From positions 148,229-212,228 of the forward strand of contig NIVC01002018.1 of assembly GCA_002269645.1 (NCBI GenBank): a stretch of 64,000 nt of DNA, read 5' to 3'. The DNA is from Macrostomum lignano (lineage: Eukaryota). The position numbers were made by a program, and so were the translations under genes. Positions 1 to 14,014 of the stretch are shown piece after piece. The notes below the pieces were generated by a model. The model did no database searches, was not told the DNA's origin, and saw only the letters and a program-made list of their open reading frames with translations. How positions within the stretch are numbered: the first letter of the stretch is position 1; every line of letters begins with the position of its first letter.

Positions 1-931
1 GTGAGACAAGAGTCAGTTTCATATAAGATTATTTAGATTAGATAAACAAAAGAAATATTATTAAACCAAATATGCAAAGACAGTACACAATTAATCCCTG
101 TTTTAGCACTTCGGTAGACTCCGATTACTTATTTAGACCAATGGTAGACTCCTTTAGTCTTTTCTTATGTTACCTGATTTATAATCCTATTCTCGGTAGA
201 CTCCGTTTTTGACTAAGTGGTAGACTCCTTCTTAGCCTCCCTATTTTACCCCTTAGAATTTTATCCTTAACTTACCCTTGATTTCTTTAAGCTTCTGTAT
301 TAAATTTTGAAAGGGAGACTCCCTTATTTTCTATTCTAGAATTGAGATCTTTGTCTCTATAAATAATGTCCTGATGGACGGTCCTGAACGGATGCTTTTC
401 CCGAGGCTAAACAGCCTTTTACTAATAGAGGAACCCGCTAATACTCGAATTCCCACAACTTCGACTACTTTCCCGAGGGTGAACTACTATCAGTAGTGTA
501 AAAGCAAAACTGCTTATTCTCGATTTTAAAAAGCTGAAGTAAAATGACTTGGCGAATCAGAACCCTTGGCAAACGCCTTTAGCAAAACTGCTTGAACTAA
601 ACCCCCCTACTACAATTTTAATAATATGATGAGATTTTGAGGATAATGGTGATAAGATGTGAGGATTTATGATGTGATTTTGGGGATTGATGAGATTCTA
701 AGGCAGGGGTCTGCAAATCCGGCCTGCTCAAGGTTTATCACTTTTCAGCTCTCTTCTCCATTCTCTCATCTCTGCCCTCTTTTTTCTTTTCTCCCTCTCC
801 TCTCTAGCTACAAGATTATTATCGTACATACGCGACGCTTTAAAAAGTGATTTAATTTAGATTTGCTTTCTGTCCTAATACTAAATCTAAATAATCAGAG
901 TATTAGTTTGGCAGCATTCGCTTTTACCCAC

Positions 932-1552
932 CTTATAAGTCAGCTCCTGCTCATAGCGGTCTCGCAGTGCTTCCTCCTCTGCGTCGCGGGCAGCGGCCAG
1001 CGCCTCCTTGACCTCGGCCAGCTGCGAGCGGAGCAGCGACACCGTCGAGTCGGTTGCGGCTGTCGCCGAGGCTGGATTAGCCGCAGTCACCTGAGTTGTA
1101 GCAGATGCCGATGTGCTGGATGACGCGGCGACTGTCTCCTTGCCAGTCACGCTGGCTGACTCAGCCGGTGTTTGCGGCGAGCTGCCGGCGGAAGCGGCGG
1201 CGGCAGCAGCGGCAGCAGCGGCGGCAGCGTTGGCCTGTTTCAGCTCCGCAGCCAGCGCTTTCCGAGCTCGCTCGAGTTCGTCTAACTCGGAGGCGTAGTG
1301 CGACTCCATTTGGCGGGCAATTTTAAGGCCGCCATTTAGTTCGTGATTCTCCTGCTCAAGTGAGCAGCAGCGACCGTTCAGGTCGGCCAGCTGTCTCTGC
1401 AGGCGGCTGCAGACCGCCCGCTTGTGCTGCAGATTTTCCTCCAGCTCCTGGCGGCTCAAGCAGTCCGGGCTGCCTTTGTTTGGCGTGTCCGCCTCCAGTG
1501 GGGAAGGCAGCATCTCAGTGCTGGTTGCATCAATCATTATTGGACATGCAAG
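932..1552 (-). CDS. Exon of a coiled-coil protein gene (rest of gene not resolved in window)
   Basis: ORF 887..1597(-) has heptad-rich segments (LEENLQHKRAVCSRLQRQLADL; LRSQLAEVKEALAAARDAEEEAL) and an Ala/Ser linker. Acceptor ttgcacag| at 1553 and donor AAG|gtgggt at 931 give a 621-nt phase-0 exon. Confidence 0.7.
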
Positions 1553-1899
1553 CTGTGCAAGATATCCAGACTTGAATGGCAAACTAAAAATATGCAATCT
1601 GACACCTTCGCTCTGTGGCCACTTGAGACTGGCAGAGATATATACTTACCATTGCTGTTTGCTTTCTAGCTGCTGTATAGCATCAAATGATATACATGTA
1701 TCTTATGTAGCTACAGATATGGCTACGGGAAGTTACAGTATATAGAGGTTTTTCAGCAAAGCATACAGATATGGATATCGTTACAGGTACTCTCATACTT
1801 CACATATTTAGTTCCCATCTAGCAATACCACTCAACTGAGAATTGAAAGACCACTGGAGCTATCACTTTGATAGGGTTAAGGTAGTAGAAGTCAATGTA

Positions 1900-2540
1900 T
1901 GTTGCCAGTTTCAAAGTGAGAGGAACTTTTAAGTCCCTAGAATTGAGGATTAGGATAGAACAGGATGGAACATTAGGATGGAACATAGATTATTAATGCC
2001 ATGTCCACATTGCGGTTGGGTGGTATTAGCTAAAGTTAAAACAATTTTTTTCACTTTTAAAGGGGAGCTCTTATGTCCCTGCATTGGGGACTTAGCAACA
2101 GAAAGTTTTGGTGCCACATGCATGATATAGTTGGGTGGTGTGAGGGGGGGGGGCTAATGTTAAGATGAATGTTTTCACTTTCAATGCAGGGAAGCTCTGA
2201 AGTCCCTGGGTTGGGGACGTAAACAATAGAGTTTTGATGTCACATGAACATTGGGATTGGGTGGTGGGGCTAAATTAAAGATGAATGTTTTCACTTTCAA
2301 TGTGAAGGCTAAGGGGAGCTCTTTTTAAGTTACTAGAATTAGGGACTTAAGCAACAAAGACAAATGTTTGACTCTGTATGCATATTGAGGTTCAAATAAG
2401 GGGGGGGGGGTTATAGTTAAGATATGTTTTTACTTTCAATATAAAGGGAGCTTTAAGTCCCTGGGATCAGGGACTCAAACAACACATTTTTGACACCATA
2501 TACACATTTTGGTTGGGATAGTAGGGGCTTAAGTTAAGAT
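1900..2540. repeat. Degenerate tandem repeat, ~120-130 bp unit, ~5 copies
   Basis: Recurring blocks ttaagatgaatgttttcactttcaat / gggagctct / gtccct / gggactt / ttgggtggtg. Confidence 0.6.
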
Positions 2541-4313
2541 AAATAAAGCCAATAAGGAAGCCACCTAGTATCTACCACTATCAAAAAGGCAAAATTGGAA
2601 AGGAGGCTTTTTGGAAACCAACTGATGAGTAGGTCATCGCCCTCGCAGAAGATCTTGGTAAAAATTGGAAGTTTTGTTATATAAGTTACTTAAACAATAT
2701 AAGAAAAGGAGAGGGAAAAGAAAGGAGAGAGAAAATAGTGAGAGGGAGAAAGAGAGGGGAGAGAGGAAGAAAGAGGGAAGAGGGGATAAAAGAAAAGAGA
2801 GAAAAATGATAGAAAAGGACATTTTCCCTTGGCTTCAACTAAGTAGTCTCTGCAACTTGAGTAGCAGCACTTTGTATAGTGGCTCAGGTTAGCAGGCCTC
2901 CAACTAGAGGATGTGACTAGCCAGTTAAAGTCATTGCTGCATTGCAGGTCAGAAATCCACATCAAGTGCACCTTTATATAAAGCATGGTATTGGTCTTAC
3001 TTACTGTCTAGACTAATTAATGCACACTACAAAAACTGCACACAACATAGCCATATATGCAGCATCTAGCTGGTCTCTTCTTGATTGATGTCTATCAAGG
3101 CCCAGGTCTTAGTGTTATACAATATAGATATTTTATTAGCTATAGATATAATAAAAAGGGCCTATTAACTTAAGCTCAAAAAGTCATAAAGTAGAGCCCA
3201 AAAATGTAATCTATAATGTAATGTATATAAATTAAATCACTCTTCTATCTACAGTGACACTAAGAAGCTAGATTTGGTAAAAAAATATAAACATTTGGAC
3301 TTAGGATAGAAAAAAGCAAACAAAGAGATAATAAAAGGTACTCTACTCTACCTTAAAAGCTTAAGTTTACATAATAGTCCTTAATTGTCTCCTTGCTTAT
3401 TTTGTCCTATTCCAGGTCCAAATTTTGTCATTTTTTGCCAAACCCAGCTTTTTACCCTATAGTTAGGATCATGACATGCCTGCCTGTGCTAGAACAAATT
3501 CTATCAAAATGTTTGCTTGTGTTGTATATCATATTTTTTGAAAAAAATGCAAAAATCTATCATTTTCATTTGAAAATAAGCCTACCAAATAAAACTTATA
3601 TTTTAATCTGTTTCATAGAAAATGCAATCTTAATATAAATTAATTAAAAAGCTATCAATATACTAGCAAACGAAAAGTATTAATAAAAAGAAGTTACATG
3701 CTAATTTTCTGATAGAAAATTTTGTCTTGGAAATTTTCATCTTGCACCAAACCATGCCAATTTTTTTATCTTACACCATATTACGCTAGCGCAGCATATA
3801 TCAAACCTTCTTTAATATCAGTATTTTCTATAAAAAAGGCAATCTTCCTAACTATGGCTCTTAATTCATTTAAAATATAACTCTAGAGTCTACTTATAGT
3901 TTTAGGCCTATATTTTCACAAATAAATTTTAACAAATTATACAAGCCTAAATTTTAACCAGGCTAGTCACTTAGTCATATATTTTAACAAATTGACAATA
4001 TATTGACAATAGGCCTATATGCATAAAAAATATTGTGACTAGGGGCCTATTGCCTTTATAAATATTATGGCCTTTTTGATCTATCATCCTTTTGTTTTTA
4101 GTTTGACCTACATTATATATTGTCTTTCCAAAGAATTATAGGGCCTAAGGGGCCGCCTAAGTATTTTAGAGCTCATTTGAAAAAAAAATTGCCAGATGGC
4201 TTTTGAAAAATCAACCTAAGGGCCTAAAAGGGGCCTACCTACAGACAGACAGACAAACAAACAACATAGAATTAGGCCTAGCCTAATTAATAGGGCCGAT
4301 AATGAGACTACAA

Positions 4314-7180
4314 CAGGGTTTTTTTTTTGTGCGCAGAGTGTGCGTATGCACCCTAAATTTTAAAATCGCACCCTGAAATTAAAAAAGTAGGTGCGGTTTA
4401 GGTGCGGTCTTATAACCATTTTTCTTTAAAGGCTTAACCATGCTTAAGCTATTTTTTATGCACTGCCTTAAAATATGAAACAAAATAACTCTTTAAATCC
4501 TATTAAGTCATATAGGCAATATAGCCTATAGCTATAGCCTTATGTAAGATATTAAAATATACATTCCCAGTTGTCTGAACTGTGAGCAATGTGAGGGTTT
4601 CACGAGAGATATTCAGACAAAGGCTCCCTAAAACACGCCCCACACCGGGCCCCGAACTGCTACACATTATAACATTTTTTGTCAATGCAGTATTTGATTG
4701 CAAGGAAAAGTTAAAATAGTAATGGAATAAATATCTTTATTTATTTTTTTAAATATTATTATTTTTATATTCTCGTTTTCATTATTAAATTATAATATTA
4801 TTATTTTATTAATATTATTATTAATATCACTTATTGTTCACCGAATTTTATATTTCAAAGTAAAAAAACTAAATTTAATAAAAACTTGAAGCTTAACAGA
4901 AAATGCATTCTGAAGTGTCTTTAGTTATAGTCCAATTTGTTTTAATGTGTAGCGCTGCAGGGCGGTGCGGGGCGTGTTTTAGGGAGACCCATTCAGACAG
5001 ACATTCAAAATGATTGTCTGTAACTTCAAACAAAATTGACCCGCTTCAACCATCTTTTTGGCAAATACTTACGCAAGTGTTGGGCGTCGAATAAGCTTTA
5101 ATTTATTAACTGAAGTAAAAATCCTTCTGACATACATTGATTTAAAAATTGCTTAGCAACACTAGCTCTGATTAGAAATCGCTTTACTGTTGACTAAAAT
5201 TGTTTTGATCGTAGCAGCCTAAAAGCAGATACTGGATTTAAAAATGCTTCGATTTACTCTATACGCATGTCTCAGCTTTAAAATGACACCTCAGGCGTCG
5301 CAAAAGACAGCTTTGATGCTGAGATATTCGACACTAAACATGCATTGCTTTGCGCAATCTCACATTCAGAAATTTCACTGATTTTTTGTCGATATTTGTG
5401 CAGTTGCCATGTCCTTGTTTTTCATCAGAATCTTGTCAAATTCTAGTCATGTCTATACGCATGTCTCAGCTTTAAAATGACACCTCAGGCATTGCAAAAG
5501 ACAGCTTTGATGCTGAGATATTCGACACTAAACATTGCTTTGCTCAAACTCACATTCGGAAACTTCACTGATTTTTATTCAATATTTGTTCAGATGCTTG
5601 TCTACTTCTCCATTTATTAACCATCGCATGGAGCCTTGCTAACGTACAAGTGTATGTAGTTACAGTAAATGGGGTTTTTGTGACTCACTTAAACTTGTTT
5701 ACGCATTCTGCAGCTATTCGCCGCCTTTCATTGGAGTGATTCATGGAGTCCAGTTGATAAATTTCCACAAATTGGACTGCTTCTACGTCAGATCTCAACA
5801 TTTGGAACCGTCCTTGAACTATTTCAGAGTTAAGTGAGCTAATGGCATCAAATGGAAGGCTAGTGCTCGTACTTGTAAGCGAAGCAGGTTCACAATTGAA
5901 ATGGTTGTATTCATGGCCATGGGATCTAAACTGATCTGTTTTACTTTCACGATCGCTTTGGTCTCAGAAGGAGCAGCAGTTGATGGACTGAGGTGAGAAG
6001 AAGATGTGTCACGACTTGAGCTGTTTATAGAAAATATCTTTATCCAATTAAATATTTTCATGCGGCTCCTTAGGTTGTTCCGAATTCCGAGTCTAGAAGT
6101 CAAGACAGAAAAAAAGTTAAGAACTGCTACTGTAGTCCGTAGGGATTGGAAAGCTTAGCAGTACATTAGAAACCGCCTGTTCAATCTAAAAAGTTTGAAG
6201 TACATATAGCTATTGGGTTGCAACAACAGTAGAAAAAATTCTTCCTTTTTATTTTATTCCCACCGCTTACCTCATTCCGATTTGGATAGCAGAATTGCCA
6301 CGCAAAAAAAGTAAAAACATAACAATAAACTATTTGCTTCATATTAATTGCCACTGACTGTTAATAAACGCGACGTCAATTTCTCTCAATAACAGTTGGA
6401 ACATGTTTCTCGTACACTCGTATATTTATTTGAACCGCAAAGCGGTGAAAAAGTCATGATTGGTTGCCATATGTACAAATGTACACTCACAGACTCACTG
6501 ACTCAGGTACAATCTATGCAATATAAAGGCAGGAATCATTAAAAATCAAATACTTAAGACAGTTTAAGAGAAGTCCAGGTTTAAACTGGACATGACTAGA
6601 ATTTGACAAGTTTCTGATGAAAAACAAGGACACGGCAACTGCACAAATATCGACAAAAAATCAGTGAAATTTCTGAATGTGAGATTGCGCAAAGCAATGC
6701 ATGTTTAGTGTCAAATATCTCAGCATCAAAGCTGTCTTTTGCGATGCCTGAGGTGTCATTTTAAAGCTGAGACATGCGTATAGAGTAAATCGAAGCATTT
6801 TTAAATCCAGTATCTGCTTTTAGGCTGCTACAATCAAAACAATTTTAGTCAACAGTAAAGCAATTTCTAATCAGAGCTAGTGTTGCTAAGCAATTTTTAA
6901 ATCAATGTATGTCAGAAGGATTTTTACTTCAGTTAATAAATTAAAGCTTATTCGACGCCCAACACTTGCGTAAGTATTTGCCAAAAAGATGGTTGAAGCG
7001 GGTCAATTTTGTTTAAAGTTACAGACGATCGTTTCGAATGTCTGTCTGAATATCTCTCGTGAAACCCTCACATTCTAAACAAGACTCAAGAGAAATTGCA
7101 CTCTGAGCCTTAAAATCGCACCTTGAAATTTGGCACAAGGTGCGATTTCGCACCTTATCTCTGGCAAAAAAAAAACCCAG
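4314..7180. mobile_element. Non-autonomous hAT-like DNA transposon with long internal inverted arms (foldback-like)
   Basis: Termini CAGGGTTTTT / AAAAACCCAG; 8-bp TSD GACTACAA at 4306-4313 and 7181-7188; subterminal AAATCGCACC motifs at both ends; ~4991-5453 is the reverse complement of ~6588-7050; no transposase ORF. Confidence 0.85.
4619..4990. mobile_element. MITE nested in the left arm of the hAT-like element
   Basis: 8-bp TSD ATTCAGAC at 4611-4618 and 4991-4998; imperfect TIRs (ctccctaaaacacgcccc / ggggcgtgttttagggag); AT-rich core; the right arm near 7040-7072 shows the empty site. Confidence 0.8.
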
Positions 7181-9516
7181 GACTACAATATAATGAGATT
7201 TTGAAAGTTAGACCTCTATTGACTATTTTAGTAATAGTAGGCTGGCCCTAGGCATACTTTTCATTTTATTTAATAAATCTCATTTGCCTAATAAAAAACC
7301 TTACTATAGAAAATAGGTCTAGTATTAGTAATAAAAACCATGCTAGGCGGCTAGGCCGCCTATTGCTACAATTCAAAAGGTTAGGTTAGGTGACCTCATA
7401 GTCACTGACATCGTCATCGACATGACTGACACACCTGATGGTGACAGACATTAAAAAAGAATGCCAGTAAATTCGAATAGGGGCCTAGGCCTACAGTATT
7501 CTACAGTATTCAGGCGATGGTTAAACTTTGAAATGTCCGTCTGCATAACAGCATAACTGTTGGCTGTTGGTCCGCGCTGGAAACCCAAACATTATTATGT
7601 TTATTAGGCTTGCCTTAATGTAGGCCTAGCTAGTGGAAAATTCTAGGACTAAGACTAAGAGCAGTGAGAAAAAAGACGCAATTTTAGTGAAATGTGATTA
7701 TTTCTTTTAAAGAGCACGGCGAATTCGCAAACACATTAAATATTTTACATAATTTAGGACTTGGTCACTGAAGCCAGCTGCACTGCAGCTGAAAGTCCAC
7801 TGTCTGTCTGGCAGTTATGATCTGCTGAAACTTGAAACCGAAAATATTTGCGCTTTAAAATAGAAGCAAAATTTAACAAATGCAGAGTAGGGCGAACTTA
7901 GGATCACGTTGGACAACCAACTTTGTTGTCGTGTAAAAACGATCAGCAAACTTGAAAAGATTAATTTTTCAGTAGACTAAGTTTCCTTTATTTCCTTATT
8001 CGTGAGTATTTCTTTGAAGCTTTGTGTAAATGTGTAGCATAGAACCTTGATACACTTTAATGATATAGCAAAACTTATAACTTTTAAATCCTAAATATAA
8101 TCTAAACAATTTATTTCATGTTTTGCATGGGATAACCGTTCAATAATAAATAAATATTAGCTCAGGACAATTTTTTGGATCTGAAAGGTTATCTCTGGAA
8201 AGTTTTATAGTTTACCAAGACAATGTGACATGTCAATACTTTCTTAATGCTCAACAGGATCATATTTTCAGAATTCAGAATTCTAGGCACTTAAGGTGGA
8301 GAATTTTGTTTCTTTCTTTAATGTTTGCCATTCCTCCAGGCTCTTTACAATACAAGCTAATCTTGGAAATCAATCTTTGCTAAAAACAGCTTTTGAATAC
8401 GCTAATATAAACGTCATGATGAACTCTTACAAAGCGCACTAACTTAACTTTTTAGTTTTCTAAGAAGCCATATCCTGGTAATTCATATCACGTTACACAC
8501 TAATGTTTTGTAGTGTGAAGCGTTAGTCAGAAATTGACATAAGGATATTACTGGATATATCCTATCCTGTATAGACTATTCATCTAAAAGTGTCCTTATG
8601 TGTCCTTGTTTTGTCCAGGCGCAACATTACCGGGCGTAGATATAAGTGTAAATACCAGTTTAAAATCACATAAAAAGAAAGGCTGTTTTTCAACAATATA
8701 ATTGATAAGGCCTATTGGCTATTATTCTATTGTTTTAGTTTATAAGTTGTCTGAGTTGATAATTTAATTTATTGTTCGGTGAAATATATTTAAATTATAT
8801 TTTTGGCGAAGTAGTTAATTTTTTCTAGGCTCTTGATGATCTTGATCTTAACAATAGTTTGATAGGAGCATGCCATTTTATTAGGTTGCAAGATAGTTGC
8901 TTGTGTTGTATATTGTTCGAAATAAATCTGCTTGAAAAGTCGTTTTTTTGTTTCCATAGGTCCCTTTACAAAGAGCCTACTGCATTGTTTAACTGTTTCT
9001 GCTTTATATTACTTCTAGTTCTAGTCATGTTTTCCTTTAAAAGCTTAGCTAAAATAATTTTTCATAGTTTTTCACAGGTATAATATTAGTTATCAATGGG
9101 CTATATATATTATAATGTTTTTTATCACTGCAAAATTAGTTCAATTATACTTTCGTTTGTGGTTAATTCACTTGTTCTATATTTTGTGTTATGTTTTCTA
9201 ACTTTTAATGTTGCCAAATTATTATATCTAGTTGTTGCTAGTTATTTTATTGAAAAACACTGTTTTGTAGTTTATTTATTTTTTATCAATGTACAATTTA
9301 ACAGCTTATTCAATATAAATTCATTTTCCTATTTCAAGAATAGAATAGTTTTAGGTATTTTTAATCCATTGGGTACTGTTCACATGACAACCTAAATTTC
9401 GTAACTCTTGTGAATTCTACCTACTTTTAATTCATTCCAATTTTACTCATAGTAAGAACTGTACTATAAATCTAGCTTTACTCCAATTTTAGGCATCTGT
9501 GCTATATCTACCGCGC

Positions 9517-12500
9517 ATGGCATCTCAGAGATATATGTATCTGAAAGACATTCCTGCAAGGGATATGTACCATCTGCAAACTGTTGTGAGCACCTCTGAG
9601 TCCACTGACCGCTTTGGCGCCTGGTTACTCCTGGCAAATTTTGCTGGTTTCCCTACCGAAACAATCAACAGAATCAAAGCCATGGGCAGCAATAGAGTAG
9701 AATGGACAAAGACATTCTTTGACAATTGGCTGCAGCGGCTTCCAACTCTGGCCTCGGTTGCTCGCGCTGTCACCAAAGCATCTCTAGTTGAAGCTGTCAG
9801 AATCCTGGAGCCTCTGTGCCACGGCGAGGCTCTGCAAATCCTGCAGCAGTGGCAGCGAATGCAGGATGAAGAGCTTCAGCTGCAGTTGCCGCCGCCGTCT
9901 CCAACCATGGGTGCACCGAGGCATCAGCATCAGCAGCAGCATGGCGAGTTCCAGCAATCAGCTGACAGTTTCGTTGTGCAGCATCGGGAAAACCCGCACG
10001 GCATCGAGGCCAACTCCACCCCCACTGCGACTGACATGGAGACAGAAAATCAGGTGATTTGGTGAAATGAGGGCCCGTTTCTTTGCACCGTTTTGTTTCC
10101 TATTGACGAAGTATTGACGTATTGAGCATATTATTTTTTATTATTTTCAATCCGCCCCTATACACGCATTTTTTGTTTGCTTTATAAACCTTTAATTTCC
10201 GCGTATTCAGCATCGCAAAAATTTATGCTAGATAAAAATCTTAACCGTGCTAACAAACAATTCCTGACAACCCCCCCCCCCCTGCTATCCTATACGCCAA
10301 GCCAACCAGCTGCCTCGCTGAGTTGCCCCAGACTCAGCCTGCTGCTACACCTGCAGCCCCCGTCGCATTGAGACAACTGCCGCCCGCCGTCAGGACTCAG
10401 GTAAAAATAGCTTTGATCGCTTTTTTTAAATCTCTTGCCTTTCTTCCTCGTCTCCAATGCTAATTTCTGTTCTCCTCTGTGCCCTGGATCTATTTTTTTA
10501 ATACATTTCTAGGAATCTTGGGACTGCTAGTTAAATTCGTTACTCTGTTCCTTAATTCTTAATAAGATTCGTATACGTATTATCTCTCATAAAAATATTA
10601 ATATTTTGATGATGTTTTTTCTGTGAATTAATACGATCCGCGTCCAAAGAAGCATTAGCTACTGATTCCCAATCCTTAATTTTATACATCCCGATCTAAA
10701 TTATATTTCTAAGAATCCCGCTCAAATTGATTTAAAATCTAACAAGCCGCATCCAATTTCTAAGGATCCTGATACGCTTTCCAAGAATCTCTGATACGCT
10801 TTACAAGAATCTCTGATACGCTTTACAAGAATCTCTGATACGCTTTACAAGAATCTCTGATACGCTTTCCAAGAATCTCTGATACGCTTTACAAGAATCT
10901 CTGATACGCTTTACAAGAATCTCTGATACGCTTTACAAGAATCTCTGATACGCTTTCCAAGAATCTCTGATACGCTTTCCAAGAATCTCTGATACACTTT
11001 CTAAGAATCTCTGATACACTTTCAAAGATCCCTGATACACTTACCAAGAATCCCTGATACACTTTCCAAGAATCCCTAGTACACTTTCCAATAAACCGTG
11101 ATACACTTTCCAAGAATCCCTGATACACTTTCCAAGAATCCGTGATACACACTTTCCAAGAATCCATGATAGTCTTTCCAAGAATGCCGGATAAACATTC
11201 CAAAAATCCCTGATACACATTCCAAGAATCCATGATACACTTTCCAAGAACTCCTGATACACTTTCCAAGAGTCCCTGATACACTTTCCAAGAATCCCTG
11301 ACACACTTTCCAATAAACCGTGATACACTTTCCTAGAATTCCTGATACACTTTCCAAGAATCCCTGACACACTTTCCAATAAACCGTGATACACTTTCCT
11401 AGAATTCCTGATACACTTTCCAAGAATCCATGATAGTCTTTCCAAGAATGCCGGATAAACATTCCAAAAATCCCTGATACACATTCCAAGAATCCATGAT
11501 ACACTTTCCAAGAACTCCTGATACACTTTCCAAGAATCCGTGATACACTTTCCAAGAGTCCCTGATACACTTTCCAAGAATCCCTGACACACTTTCCAAT
11601 AAACCGTGATACACTTTCCTAGAATTCCTGATACACTTTCCAAGAATCCCTGACACACTTTCCAATAAACCGTGATACACTTTCCTAGAATTCCTGATAC
11701 ACTTTCCAAGAACCCCTGATACACTTTCCAAGAATCCCTGATACACTTTCCAAGAATCCCTGATACAATTTCCAGGAATCTCTGATACACCTTCCCAATA
11801 ACTCCTGATACACTTTCCAGGAATCCAAGAATTCCATGCTTCTAAGTATCAAGTATCCGAAAAAATTCTAAGAATTCTTGAAACAAATTCCAAGAATCCT
11901 TGAAACAAATTCCAAGAATCCTTGAAACAAATTCCAAGAATCCCTTATACATTTTCCAAGAATTCCTGATGCATTTTCCAAGAATTCCTGATGCATTTTC
12001 CAAGAATTCCTGATGCATTTTCCAAGAATTCCTGATACATTTTTTAAGAATTTCAATCAAACTTCTAGGAAACCGGATAATTTCTAAGAATCAATTTTTC
12101 AATTCTAAGAATCAGAGCCAACGTAAACAAAATAATCCCCAATCTCCGAAATCCAACTCCGCTCCATCAGCTGCGCGTCTCGTGGAGGATGGGCAGTTTC
12201 AACCGTCAGCCCGTGCGGCAGCTGCAGCTGGTGACCAACACAGATGAGGCTTGGGCGGCCGCCAATCGGCTGCTGAGTTTCCACCGCCAACTCGCCCATC
12301 CGCACCTGGCACCGCTGCTTGGTTCGCAAAAGTTCTCAGGCAGTGTCGATTTGTACTTTCCAGTCTACCGGTGCACTTTAGAGGATGCTTATTGCTGTCG
12401 AATTATGATGAAATTTGGATGCCCATTGGACTTTGAGTCCCGGCTGCGGTTGCTGTTCGGCATCGCCAAGGCGCTGCTGTACCTGCATGGCGGCCAGCAG

Positions 12501-13824
12501 GCTGGGCAGAGCTTCGTGTTGGGCAACCTGGCTGCCAACTCTGTGAGCCCCAGTCTGGCCTTCAATTTTTGTAGGATTTGTTAATTTGTATTTCTAAGAA
12601 TCTCAATCTCTCATTCTAAGAATTTTGATCGCATTTCCAAGAATCTTCATCTCATTTCTAAAATTCTGGATTCTTTTATTTTTAGGAATCTCAATCTCAT
12701 TTCGAAAAATATTATCCCGTTTTCTATGAAACCTGATCCCGTTTCTAAGAAACCCTTTCTAAGAATATTGATCTCTCATTCTAAGAATCTCGATCTTGCA
12801 TTCTAAAAATCTCGATCTGATTTCTAAGAATCTTGATCGCATTTTTAAGAATCTCGATCTCATTTCTAAGAAGATTGATTTCTCATTCTAAGAATCTCGA
12901 TCTCATTTCTAAGAATATCGATCCCTCATTCTAAGAATCTTTTTCTAATTTCTAAAATTCTCTATTTAATTTTTAAGAATCTCAATCTCATTTCTAAAAA
13001 CATTATCCCGTTTCTAATAATTTTGATCTCGTTTCTAAGAAACCCGATTTAATTTCTAAGAATCTCTTTTCCATTACTACGAATATTGATAACATTTCGA
13101 TTAAATTTCTTAGAATCCATATACTACGAGCTATTTCTAAGCATCCCGATGCCATTTCTAAGAATCACGATCGTATTTTTCAGAACTCCGGCAATTTTAA
13201 GAATCCTAATCATTAGTGATGGGGCGGAGTCTGGAGCTCTTGTGCGCTCCATTAGTGATGGGGCGGAGTCTGGAGCTCTTGTGCGCTCCATTAGAGATGG
13301 TGCGGAGAGTCTGGAGCTCTTGTGCGCTCCATTAGCGATGGGGCGGAGATTCTGGATTAAATTTTCACTTCAAAGCCACTGCCGCAACGCCGCAGGTAAT
13401 GCTTGACAGTTTTTGGTGTCCAGCCATCTGCGACCTGACGGAACTGCGCGAGGCCGACGCCAACGAGAATTTCTCAGCAGACGTGTCGGCTTTCAAAACC
13501 GTCGCCATGGAGACCCTGACTGGCTGGTCCAGCCGCCAGGACAGGCGCAAATTCGACGAAGCAGTCAACAAAGTGGACGAGCTGCTGACACTGCAGTTCG
13601 ATACTCGGACTCAGTTTGTGCTGGACAGCGAGTGCCTGCTGCCGGACGAGATGAGGCTGGACGAGACTCAAGTTGATGAGGATGTCATCAGCTTAATGTG
13701 CACGCGCTATCAAATCTTTCTCACCGTGATGCACGAAACAGCTGGCGTTGTCAGTATGCAAGACTTGGCAGAAGTTATGAGACAGAATCAGTACTTTAAC
13801 AAAATGTGGTACACGTTCTGTTAG
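9517..13824 (+). CDS. Death-domain + IRAK/Pelle/Tube-like pseudokinase, ~478 aa, 4 coding exons
   Basis: join(9517..10053,10302..10400,12171..12542,13396..13824), all phase 0 with GT-AG (exon 2 least certain). N-terminus resembles an IRAK-type death domain (YLKDIP...WLLLA...FFDNW...LASVARAV). Kinase-like motifs: HPHLAPLLG, LDFESRLRLLFGIAKALLYLHG, VLGNLAANS|VMLD...ICDL, SADVSAF...ETLTG. Confidence 0.75.
10770..12060. repeat. Intronic minisatellite, ~22-bp unit (CCAAGAATCCCTGATACACTTT)
   Basis: Directly visible tandem array; accounts for ORFs 10889-12060. Confidence 0.95.
12590..13200. repeat. Degenerate intronic minisatellite, ~21-bp unit (CTAAGAATCTCGATCTCATTT)
   Basis: Recurring ttctaagaatct motif. 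Confidence 0.8.
13211..13345. repeat. 39-bp tandem repeat, ~3.3 copies
   Basis: cattagtgatggggcggagtctggagctcttgtgcgctc repeated just upstream of the last kinase exon. Confidence 0.9.
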
Positions 13825-14014
13825 ATCTGAGACTTGAAAATGCGGTATTCAAGTATTTTTAAACTAGGCAGCTTGTTTTCGTTTCTGTTTTAGAAAGAAT
13901 TTTTTACAAGTATGAAATTGCAAGCGTAATTTTTTGAGTTCTGAGATTTGTGAGCTCTGTAAACTTATAGTTTGGAATACAGAGTTTAAGAGACTTCGAA
14001 CTCCGAATCGTTAG

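Noticed and set aside
2690-2815. Lys/Glu/Arg-rich ORFs
   Set aside because: Purine-rich low-complexity tract.
5600-6500. Spacer of the hAT-like element as a transposase remnant
   Set aside because: No BED finger, DDE or hAT dimerisation motifs in any frame I read.
10889-12060. Long repetitive ORFs on the - strand
   Set aside because: Translations of the 22-bp intronic minisatellite.
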